Source of the DNA: Octopus sinensis
Lineage: Eukaryota
NCBI RefSeq assembly: GCF_006345805.1
Contig: NC_042998.1
Location: forward strand, 53,444,001 to 53,508,000
Direction of reading: 5' to 3'
DNA: 64,000 bases
Made by a program: the position numbers and the translations under genes. How positions within the stretch are numbered: the stretch's first letter is position 1; each line of letters opens with the position of its first letter. Positions 14,967 through 27,489 of the stretch are shown piece after piece. Below the pieces are notes generated by a model that was not told where the DNA came from, did no database searches, and saw nothing but the letters and a program-made list of their open reading frames with translations.

Positions 14967-17726
14967 CACACATACACACACACACATATATATATATCAA
15001 CATCATCATCATCATACATATTTTAATTTTCTCTGATAGTCTGGTACTTAAGCATGGGAATTACTACTTCAAACACTAGAATTGCCTTTCAGTAAAAATA
15101 TAACCATTTGTTAGATCAATGTATTGAAAATAGAGTGCATTATTCAAATCCTTTGTTAAAAATGTGATGTTCTTTTGTCTTATTTCATTTGTTCCAGTCA
15201 CTGAACTGTGGTCATGCTGAAGTTTTTTTTTGTTTTTTGATATCTACTTCAGTACTTTAGTACTTAATTTATCCGTTTTTCTAAGAAAATGTTATATAAT
15301 AAAATATATATCCCAGAGCTGAAGCTGTAAGTGCAACAAAGTATCTCAAAACTGATTTTGCAGTATTTGGTTTTAAGAATGTCAGTAAATTATGCTGTGC
15401 TTGATTCTAATATCTGAGACCCCCTTCGGTCATGACACAGACCATGGGATTGCACCTTGAAAGTTACCCTCCCAGGTACAAGTCTGGGCAAGGTTGTTTA
15501 TGGAAGACCAGCAGTCGCCCATGCATACTGGCCTTCCCTCAGTATTACCCAAGGGAAAGCAAAGGCTGATACAGCAACTCATTTCTACAGCTGTGTGAAC
15601 TGGAGCAATGTGAAATAAAGTGTCTTGCTCAAGAACACAACACACAGCCCGGTTCGGGATTCAAGCTGACAACCTCACGATTGTAAGCTCAATGCTCTAA
15701 CCACTGAGTCATGCGCCTTCTGATATATGCTTATTAATAACTAAGGATATTGTTTATGTCTCTCAGTACTCTGTCACACTATAGATTCACTTGCTTCTGA
15801 ATTGCATCATTTTTAGAAATATTTTTTGGGTATTATTTCATGGCTTATCTGCTCCAAGTACCTCAAATTATGTGTGTGCATCTGTGTGTGAGTATGTGTC
15901 TGTCTGACTGTCTGTCTATCTCATCATCATCATCGTTTAACGACATGGGTTGGACGATTTGACTGAGAGCTGGCAAGCCAGAAGGCTGCACAAAGCTCCA
16001 ATCCAATCTGGCAAAGTTTCTACAGCTAGATGCCCTTCCTAATGCCAACCACTCCAAGTGTGTAGTGGGTGCTTTTTACGTGTCACCAACATGAGGTCCA
16101 GTCAGGCGGTACTGGCATCAACCACACTTGAAAGGTGCTTTTTATGTGCCACCGACATGATCTATTTGTTTATCTATCTATCTATTGCATGTATTTATGA
16201 ATGTATGTATGTATGTATGTATCTATCTATCTATCTGTCTATTGCATGTATGTGTGTATGTATCTATTGTATGTGTGTATCTATCTAATGATCATTTTCC
16301 TCATCATCATTGCAGTTGATGTAGTTGTCAACATCGTTGTCATTGATGTCATCATTATCATTGTTGTCATCCTCATCCTCGTTTTGTCCTCATCATCGTT
16401 AGCATTTTCATTGTAACCTTTTCTATTATTGTCATCACTGTTGTCACCCTCCTCCTACCAGCTTCCTATGCTAGGAAGAGTTGGATGGCTCATCAAAGCT
16501 GGAGTCAATTCTTCCTTGAGTTACTAACCTCGTAGACTTAACCAGTGGAGTATGCCTCAGAATGATCTCAAGGCCTGGATACCCTTCCTGATACAAACCT
16601 CTTTACAGATAATGCTTGGTGCATATTTTGTGGCACCAACACTAAAGGAGTTGTCATGTCCTTGACAAAACTAAAGATCCTCCTCCATTATACTGTTTTC
16701 TTCTTTTCTTCTTCTGCACCCCCCACCACACTAGAGTTTAAAGGTAAAGACCCCCTTCTGTCATGAATGACCATGGGACTCCACCTAGAAAATTCCCTTC
16801 TAAGGCACAAGTCCAGGCAAAGTTGTTTATGGTAGGCCAGCCGTCAATAATGCATGCCACCCTCCTCTCTCCATACCACTGATGTTATCCAAGGGAAAGG
16901 CAAAGGCCAATACAGCTTTTGAGCTGGAGCAACGTGAAATAAAGTGTCTTGCGCAAAAACTCAACACACAGCCCAGTCCATAAATCAAATTCACTATCTC
17001 ATGACTGTGAGCCCAATTCTCTAACCACAATGCTAAAGAGGAAGTCATATCTCTCAAATAAGACAAGACTAAGGGTCTTCTTGTCCTTTTGATATCAAGT
17101 CTACAGAACATGTGTTTTTGTGTCCCACAGGCAACCTTCGACTTTTTCTGTCCAAAAGGTGTTTTCGGCTCAATATTTAAATGTTATTATTTGTAGATTT
17201 ATATGATTTGAGATCCAATTTCAAAAAAGAATTTTATATATATGTGTGTCCGTGTATGTGTATGAGTATGCATGTCTGTAAATGTATTAAAATATATTCA
17301 TTTATATGCCCCTGCATGTCCACATCCTCAGGACAGAAACATATAAAAAGAATAAAAGAATAAACTTTTTAATACTTTTTGATAGTTATATATATTTAAT
17401 AAAAAAAAAAAATTAATTTAAAAAAATAAAAATTTATAAATATAAATTAATAATTTTAATTTTAAATTTGAATAATTTAAATTTTTAAATTCTATATATT
17501 TTGTATATTATATTAATTATTTTTATTTTTATGTTTTGGTTTATGTTTTTCACTGTTTGATTTGCCTAATAGTGGTTTTATCTCTAATTTAATTTATATA
17601 TATATATATATATATGGTGGTGTCCCAGCATGGCCACAGCTCATGAGCTGAAACTAGTTAAAATAAAGAAAATAAAAAATATATATATAGACATGATCTT
17701 CAATAGCCAATTACCCACCAAGGCTA

Positions 17727-17985
17727 ACATGAAACCAATAAGAGAACCTATTCAAGCAAGGAGATGGAAATGGCTGGGTAGAGTTTGTTGTTATAAACTG
17801 AACTCAACAGTCAGGATCGCTTTGCAATGGGTTCCACAAGGTAAAAGAAGACATGGTGGACCAAATGAAATGTGGCGGAGAACAATAACAAAAGATCTTA
17901 AAAGTAGAGGGTTAACAATGGAACAAGCTGTCAAGGACGCTTTCAGTGTTAGAAGGTGGAATGATCTTGCTGTTGCCTCAAATGA
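17727..17985 (+). mobile_element. RTE-clade LINE 3' fragment
   Basis: RRWKWLGRV..VRIALQWVPQGKRRHGGPNEMWRRTITKDL..GLT..A..RRW..LA. Confidence 0.8.
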
Positions 17986-18021
17986 ATGTATTTATATTTG
18001 TGTGAGTGTATATATATATAT

Positions 18022-18300
18022 AACAATTGCAGCGTGGAAGGTGTTTGTAAGCCATTTAAGAAACACAAAAAAGCCGTTCGATTCACTTCAACATTTAAGT
18101 TTAATTTGTCAAAATATTTTCGGCGCTTTAAGACCGCGACCTGTTCACTGACAAAAATCCGTGCTGCATCTCAGTGAACAGGTCGCGGTCTTAAAGCGAC
18201 GAAAATATTTTGACAAATTAAACTTAAATGTTGAAGTGAATCGAACGGCTTTTGTGTGTTTCTTAAATGGCTTACAAACACTTTCCACGCTACAATTGTT
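18022..18300. repeat. Foldback element: 130-bp inverted arms, 19-bp loop
   Basis: 18022-18151 vs 18171-18300 differ at about 4 positions; diverged related sequence at about 29585-29720. Confidence 0.9.
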
Positions 18301-18359
18301 TTCATTTCAGTACACGATCTCAGATCAAATCACTTGCTATGCAAGTACATCTCCGTAAT

Positions 18360-18510
18360 ATATATATATATATAAACATATGTACATACATACATATATA
18401 TATAATATATACATACATACATCATACATATATATATGCATATATATATTTACACATATATATATATATACATATATATATGTATATATATATATATATG
18501 TGTGTGTGTG

Positions 18511-18555
<45 letters not shown>

Positions 18556-18710
18556 GTATGTGTATATATATATATATATGCATGCCTATATATATATATA
18601 CATATGTACATACATACATATATATATAATATGTACATACATACATCTTACATATATATATGCATATATATATTTACACACATATATATATATATATACA
18701 TATATATATG

Positions 18711-18747
<37 letters not shown>

Positions 18748-18782
18748 ATATATATATATGTGTGTGTGTGTGTGTATATATG

Positions 18783-18815
<33 letters not shown>

Positions 18816-18953
18816 GCATGCCTATATATATATATATACATATGTACATACATACATATATATATATAATATGTACATACATACATCTTACATATATATA
18901 TGCATATATATATTTACACATATATATATATATACAACCCCACCATTTATTGA

Positions 18954-19012
<59 letters not shown>

Positions 19013-19080
19013 ATATATGTGTGTGTGTGTATATATATATGTATATTTATTTATATGTGTGTGTGTGTGTATATATATAT
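18360..19080. repeat. Compound (TA/TG/TACA) microsatellite with higher-order repeat of about 225-240 bp
   Basis: The block catatgtacatacatac...gcatatatatatttacac recurs at about 18379, 18602 and 18840. Confidence 0.85.
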
Positions 19081-19205
19081 ATCTGTTTGTTAACACACAT
19101 ACTGTATAGAGAAATTGAAGTAGGAGGAAAACAAGGAAGAAGGAATATGAACATATGTAAGTGTTTTGAATTTTTAGAATAAGATTTTTCCTAGATAAAT
19201 TTCTT

Positions 19206-19375
19206 TCAAATGTTGATAGCTGAAGATGAGCGATTTACGTGGGAATTATGGTCATTGCCAATGTCTTGAGAAGAGAACTTCTTTCTATTCAATGCATTCA
19301 CTGAAGAAATGTCTTTGAAGTTAACTTTGCCTCTTTGTTTTCTTTGTTCAAGGACAAAGATTTTTATGCTTACGC
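19206..19375 (-). CDS. Candidate terminal exon ([24 protein letters not shown]...SSAINI*)
   Basis: 55 open codons then TGA; phase 1 matches the previous exon; acceptor weak; a plus-strand shadow reading also exists. Confidence 0.35.
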
Positions 19376-19535
19376 CTTCACGCAAATATATAGGTATATA
19401 TAGACATCTCTCTCTCTCTCCTCTCTCTCTCTTTCTCTCTCTCTATCTATCTATCTATCTTTCTATCTATCTATCATTCTATCTACTTACTAATCACTGA
19501 ATCTCTCATATATTTATATACACAGATATATATAT

Positions 19536-19605
<70 letters not shown>

Positions 19606-19727
19606 ATATATATATATGTTTATACATACATATATATATAACAGTATACGTACATATATATATATATATATATATGTGTGTATATATATATGTTTATACA
19701 TACATATATATATAACAGTATACGTAC

Positions 19728-19760
<33 letters not shown>

Positions 19761-19777
19761 TGCACACACACACACAC

Positions 19778-19838
<61 letters not shown>

Positions 19839-20880
19839 GTGTATGTATGTATGTATATATTTTGATGATATGTCTTTTTTTCAAGTTTTTCTTGTTGATG
19901 TACTTTTATTTTATTAACGATAAAGACTAGCCAAATCTTATCTGTTGACTATTCAATACTTCTCTTAGATTCAACAATTTATATAAAGGAATATAAGGCT
20001 CTTTTTTTTTTTTATAGTATATGTCTTTAAGATTTGTAGATTAAAATGTAAAAGTTTAAAAGATTTGTAGCTGAAAAGAATTCTAAAGTTATTCTTCTTC
20101 TTTATTTTTTTCTTTCTTTAAATAACACACTTACAAAAGACCAGACAATATTCAGCCAAACTTTCATTCTGGGTATTGATTAGTATTTTACGTCTTATTT
20201 GCATTGATGCTGTTCCTGATGATGATGATGATGATGATGATGATAATGACGATGATGACAATGACAATATTTATGATGATGATGATTATGGCAACGAGTT
20301 GATTATGATAATGATGATGATGATGATGATGAAACTGGTCATGATGAAGCTAAAGATGCTGTTAATAGCATCGAAGCTGCTGCTGATGATGACGACAATG
20401 ACCACAACGATGATGATGATGATGATGATGATAATGATGATGTTAGTAAAAAAAGTGTAACGACATCAGAAATTATAGTGCTGACAATTATGAAGCAGTT
20501 GAAAATTATGATGATGAGAATGATTATGATGACTATAAAGATAATAATGAGGTTGATGACAATGCTGATAATAACAATGATAATGATGATAATGGTAATG
20601 TCCATGAGAATGTGTCGGTGAGCTGGCAGAAGTGTTGGCACGCCAAGCGACATGCTTAGCAGTATTTCATCTGCCATTACGTTCTGAGTTCAAATTCCGC
20701 CAAGGTCAACTTTGCCATTCATTCTTTCGGGGTCGATAAATTAAGTACCAGTTATGCACTGGGGTCGATGTAATCAACTTAATCAATTTGTCTGTCCTTG
20801 TTTGTCCCCTCTATGTTTCGTCCCTTGTGGGCAATAAAGAAATGGGAATGTGTCAGTAGTGACAGTGGCAAAGATCAAGG

Positions 20881-20917
<37 letters not shown>

Positions 20918-23900
20918 AGTGGTGGTAGTGGTGGTGATGGTGATGATGATGATGGTGGTGGTGAAGATGATGACAATGAAAATCTTCTATCTCTTACCTG
21001 TTTCGGTCATTAGACTGTGGCCATGCTACGGCAATGCCCTGAAAAAGATTCTTTAGCCAAATAAATTGACCCCAGTACATACATTTTTTTTTAAGGCCTG
21101 GTACTTATTCTATAGGTCTCTTTTGCTGAACCACTAAATTTCAGGGATATAAACACACCAACACCGGTTGTCAAGCAGTGGTGGGAGACAAACAATACAC
21201 ACACACACACACACACATGTACCATGTTAAAGGCACCTAGTATGTTCTGTAGAGCGTTTGGTATTAGGAAGGGCATCCAGCCGTAGAAACCAAGCCAAAA
21301 CAGACTATGGAACCTGGTGTGGCTCCTAGCCTTACTAATTCCAGTCAAACCATCCAACCCATGCCAGCATGGAAAACAGATGTAAACTGAAGGTGATGAT
21401 GATGATGATATATGACATGTTTCTTTCAGTTTCTGTCTACCAAATCCACTCATAAGGGTTTGGTTAGCCCGAGGTTATAGTAGAAGATACTTATCTTAGG
21501 TGTCACACAGTGGGACTGAATGTAGATCCATGTAGTTGATGATAAAGCAAATAAGAAGTATGGAAATTTATGGTGACAAAAATGCTTATAAAAATAAAGG
21601 ATGATGACAATGATGATGAAGACAATGTTAGAAATTCTTTTACTTGTTTCAGTCATTTGACTGCAGCCATGCAGGAGCACCGCCTTTAGTCAAGCAAATC
21701 GACCCCAGGACTTATTCTTTATAAGCCTAGTACTTATTCTATCAGTCTCTTTAGCTGAACCGCTAAGTTACAGGGACATAAACATACCAATATCGGTTGT
21801 CAAGCGATGTTGGGGGGACAAACGCAGACACAAACATATACACACACATACATATATATACATATATACGACGGGATTCTTTCAGTTTCTGTCTACCAAA
21901 TCCACTCACAAGGCTTTGGTCAGCCCGAGGCTATAGTAGAAGACACTTGCCCAAGGTGCCACACAGTGAGACTGAACCTGGAACCGTGCGGTTGGTAAGC
22001 AAGCTACTTACCACATAGCCACTCCTACGCCTGATGACTATCTCAGTGATAATGATGATAATAAGGACAATGGTGATGCACATAAGTACTACAAGGGGAT
22101 TGTTGTTGTTGCATGTACCTAATATATCATCTAAAATATCCTTCTTTTCTTTTTATGATATTCTTAGACATCAGTGGTTTTAACCCTTTCGTTACTGTAT
22201 TTATTTCAATTACTTTAAATATAACAAAAAAATTAGTAAAATAACTTAGTTCTTATTCAGCTAGTTTTAGGAACGTAAATTGTGACTAAGGTTTGGTGAA
22301 AGATTTTAATTCAAAACTTTTGATAACAAGACATTTGTACTCAGAGCCAGAACCGGTTTCAGCCGGATTAGTAACAAAAGGGTTAGAGAGATTCTACCGT
22401 TATTTCTAGCAATCATATAGAGGTGCCATCATTCTTATGATGTATGTGTATGTATTATGCCTATATACTTATATATACATGCATATTATATCTGGCCCCT
22501 GCTAAATTATGAGGATGTAAACACACCAACATCGGGTAACAAACACAGACACAAAAGCAGACACACATAAATGTATATACATATATATACGACAGGCTTC
22601 TTTCAGTTTCTATCTACTAAATCCACATGAAAGGCTTTGGTCAGCTGGATGCTATAGTAGAAGACACTTGCTGAATGCATCATGCAGTGGGACTGAACCC
22701 AGAACCATGTGGTTGGGAAGCAGGCTACTTATCACACAGACATGCCTGCATCTATAAAGATACCAATGTCAGATTGATAGATAGACAGACAGACAGACAG
22801 ATAGATTCATACATACATACATACATATTTAGTGTTATATAGTATGTATACATGTGTGTGTTTATATGTAATTATCTGTATAGGTATGAATGTATATAGC
22901 AAAAGTTTTAGTAGGCAAGAAAGAAGTAAAGATTGGCTTTTGTTATTTAGGAGAAATAATTAGCTGGGAAGGTGGTTTGCCTTGAAAATATTGTAGATAG
23001 GATAAAAACAAGTTGGAAAATGTTCAAGGAGCTTCTATCACTGCTGACAACAAAAGTCTTTTTTTACTCAGAGCAAAGGGTATAGTTTATGGTGCTTATG
23101 TGAAAACTGTGATTCTGCATGGTTGTGAGACATGAGGCCTGCATGTAGAGGAGATTTTAATTTAATGAGCTTAAGAGAATCTGCAACAGCTATATGCACT
23201 GTTTTACTTCCTCAGGCTAGCAAATGGATGTACCAACCCTTTATGCCATTTATTTGCCTACTAGCTTAAAAGCTGTACTCTGTGTGGACTTTTGAACTAG
23301 CTACAGTGGGGGGCTTATTGGGCCTGCAGCCCAAAACTGAAGACAGTAATAATAAAGCATTTATTAGTACCCTACCAATATGGTATTACTTTGCATTCGG
23401 TTTAAATGAAAAACTTTTAAATTCACAAAATTTTGGAGTTTTTCTAAAATCTGAATTTTCAACTTAGTATATTACAAATCCTCATCTAGACCTGATACTA
23501 ATGCTGGATGTTCAAGGATTAAATAAAGGGAAGCTTTTTCAATCCTGGGCTCATCCTGATTCTAAAAAGGTATAATATGTCTATGTAGAGCAAATATGGA
23601 CTGGGATACAGAGGCCCTGGACAGACAGACAGACAGAATTTTGCATTTATCGTTATAGATATTCTTTCCTCTATCCATCCATCTTCCATCCATACATTGC
23701 TTCAGTTATCCATCTATTCACTCATACATGCAAATATATATGTGTACTGAGATACTCCTGAGTAAGAGTATAAAAACTGAACCCCTCTGCCAAGCTATTC
23801 TAAGTCAGCATAGGCTCATTAAACCAGTATAACCTCAAGCTCAAATTTATGACCTTCATCATTGCTATATCCAACAGACAAAGATACAAAAATATAAAAC

Positions 23901-26900
23901 TATTCTTCCATGCATACATTAGTTCGATAGCACTTTTATTGAAGCAGATTTTTCTATGGTCAGATGCTCTCACTGTCCCCAAACCTCACCTGTTTACAAC
24001 TAAGGTAACATTTTCCTCCATGTTCTTTTGAACAATGAACACCACATGCTTTCATGGAGGATTGCTAACAAATGACTCATAATTGCAGGAATGGTGACTT
24101 TTGTTTACAGCCAGCATACATACATCAATCATGACAAGAGTTATATATATATACACATATACACACACATGCACACACTCATATGCACACACATACAGAC
24201 ATATGCACACACACTCACATATGCACACACACATATATGCGTATGCACACACACATGCACGCACTCACACACACAGCTGCACACACACATACATACATAT
24301 ATGTACACACACACGCACACTCTCATACACACACTTACACACACACATATGCACACACACATGCACATGCACATACACACATGCACACACTCACACACAC
24401 ATGCAAACATTACACATACATACACACATGCACACACACACACTCATGCACACACATGCTCTCTTTCTCTCACACACACACGCACACACACCCACACAGA
24501 TACTTGAATGAAAACATGATCGTCAATTTAGGAAAAATTGATATATGAAGGTGTGTCTCGTTCACATGATTTTTAATCTCATCAAAAATGGTGAAATAAC
24601 TTAATGCAAAAAATATTATTAAGCATTTATAAGAGACAATTTCTTACTTTCATTTATGAAAATAGTAACAAAATACTAATAATAAATAAATTATATTACT
24701 ATTTACTATTTTCTTCAATTAGAATTTTATGAAAATGTGTTTGCTTAGTTGATCAGAATTTAATTTGTCTTTAATCTTCAAATAAAAATTATTTCCCTTT
24801 TGTTCTTGTCTTTTTTTCTCCTTCTTTTACTTCTCAGTTATATTTCAGCAATAAATAATTATTTAAAACAGAACAAAATGAAACAAAATAAGATGAAATA
24901 AAATAGAAAAGAAAATAAAATAAAATATACAGCTGTTATAATTTAACAAGCAAATTTGTTCTGTTTAGCAAATTTAGTTTTCAAAAAAAAAGCTAAATTA
25001 AAGATCAATGACTGTGTTTGAAATAGATAACATCATAGTTGCATCATAATATCTGAAATCAGCTTAGTTCAGCTTAGTTGTATATCTTTTTATCTTATTT
25101 CTTTATTGCCCACAAGGGGCTAAACATAGAGGGGACAAACAAGGACAGACAAAGGGATTAAGTCGATTACATTGACCCCAGTGCATAAATGGTACTTAAT
25201 TTATCAATCCCGAAAGGATGAAAGGCAAAGTTGACCTTGGCGGAATTTAAACTCAGAACATAGTGGCAGATGAAATACCTATTTCTTTACTGCCCACAAG
25301 GGGCTACACACAGAGGGGACAAACAAGGACAGACAAACATATTAAGTCGATTATATCGACACCAGTGCGTAACTGGTACTTATTTAATCGACCCCGAAAG
25401 GATGAAAGGCAAAGTCGACCTTGATGGAATTTGAACTCAGAACATAACGGCAGACGAAATACCACTAAGCATTTCACCCGGTGTGCTAACGTTTCTGCCA
25501 GCTCGCCGCCTTTTAGTTGTATATCTTTTTTCTGTTAAGTTTTTCAGTCATTGGACTGCAGCCATGCTGGGATACTGCCTTGAAGGGTTTAGCTGAACAA
25601 ATTCACCCCAGTATTTTCACTTTTTAAGCTTGACACTTGTGCTATAGATCTCCTTTACTGAACCACCAAGTAATGAGGTCGTAAACAAATCAACACTGGT
25701 TGTCAAGCCATAATAAGGAACAAACACATGTACAAAGACACACACAAATACATACATACATACATACATACATACATACATACATACATACATACATACA
25801 TACATACTTATATGTAACTACTTGGACTTAGGGCACATTCACTGTTTGGCTACTTGATGTCATTCACAGTAACGGTGTAATTTTCACTGGATCTATGTCA
25901 AGAAATGCACAGTATTTGCAGAGTTTATAGTTGATAAAGGAAATGGAAGATTCATGCTGAATAAAGATTCTTACTAAATCCATCTTCCATTTCCTTTATC
26001 AACTGTGTGTGTATGTATATATATATATATATATATATACTAGCAGTATCGCCCGGCGTTGCTTGGGTTTGTAAGGGAAATAACTATATAAGCATTTTTA
26101 GAGAGTTACTTCCCTTATAAATTCGGGCTTTCTTAGCCATTTTTGTTTTGGTGTCTTCAAGCCATGAAGTCGTTGTTCTAAAGGAACGCTGGTTTCCTTC
26201 ACAACGCATTACGATGTTGATTTCTTTACACTCCCTTCCCCACAGCTTCACGAGGGAGGGAAGGGGGAGAAGCAAACAGGTGCAGCTGTGAGCGTGGACG
26301 CCAACTCCGCCGCCATCGACACACGATGCATTTTATGCATTAAAATGGAATAAAAAATGATGTTAAATTATTTTTAAAATCGTAGACTCATCGTTGACGC
26401 GCGCTAATAGTCAGACGGGCTCGATATGAATCATGACTATAAGATACCCGAATTTGGTTAAACTGCACCGCAAAATGTGGGAGGAGTTAGGAATCTAAAT
26501 CGAAGGGGACAGACACTCACACAACTAGAGTTTTATATATATAGATATATATACATATAGTTAATCCAAACATGAAAACACAAAGGGAAAACACAACAAC
26601 ATGAGTACATGGAACAAGTATAGTATTTTTGGACACTCAGGAAAGAAGGCGGATTTAACATTTCGAGCGGAGCTCTTCGTCAGAAACATAGGAAAAGGAA
26701 AGATCCAAAGAAGGGAAGACGGAGGGAAAAAAAATCGCCAACAGTGCACACACGGTCACAGACAACTGGCTTCTTTCAGTTTCCAACTACCAAATCCACT
26801 CACAAGATTTTGGTTGATCTGAAGCAATAGTAGATGGCACTTCCCCGAGGTGCCATGCAGTGTGTCTGAACCCAGAACCATGTGATTGAGAAGCAGACTT

Positions 26901-27451
26901 TTTACCACATAGCTGCATCTGTGCCTATATACAGCCATGCCTATCAAATCCTTTTGAGATCAAATCTCAGTTATTGTGCACTTGAACATTAGATGGTTCC
27001 ATCGATATTCTTATGTTTTTAACAAGCAATTTAATAGTCAAGTAGGCAAAACATTATTTACTAATACAAGTACTGAGAACATTTCACATAAATGAGGAAG
27101 TTACTGCATTGACTAAAAATAGCAGCCGAATCTACTTCAAATTACATTTGACTCTCTTAATCCTTTAGTTATCATGATTTTGACGATGTACATTGCATTT
27201 CAATAGAATTTTTAAAACATGAAGAATTTGCTCTTTTAGTCTTTTAATTGTTTCAGTTATTTGACTGTGGTCATACTGGAGCACCACCTTTAGTCGAGCA
27301 AATCAACCCCGGGATTTATTCTTTTGTAAGCCCAGTACTTATTCTATCGGTCTCTTTTGCCGAACCGCTAAGTTACGGAGATGTAAACACACCAGCATCG
27401 GTTGTCAAGCAATGCTAGGGGGACAAACACAGACATACAAACACACACATG

Positions 27452-27489
<38 letters not shown>

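Noticed and set aside
72-24548. Dozens of long ORFs rich in Y/I/C/V/H/T (e.g. 18380-19093, 18436-19182, 24091-24507, 12963-13361)
   Set aside because: Translations of di-, tri- and tetranucleotide microsatellites, which lack stop codons by construction.
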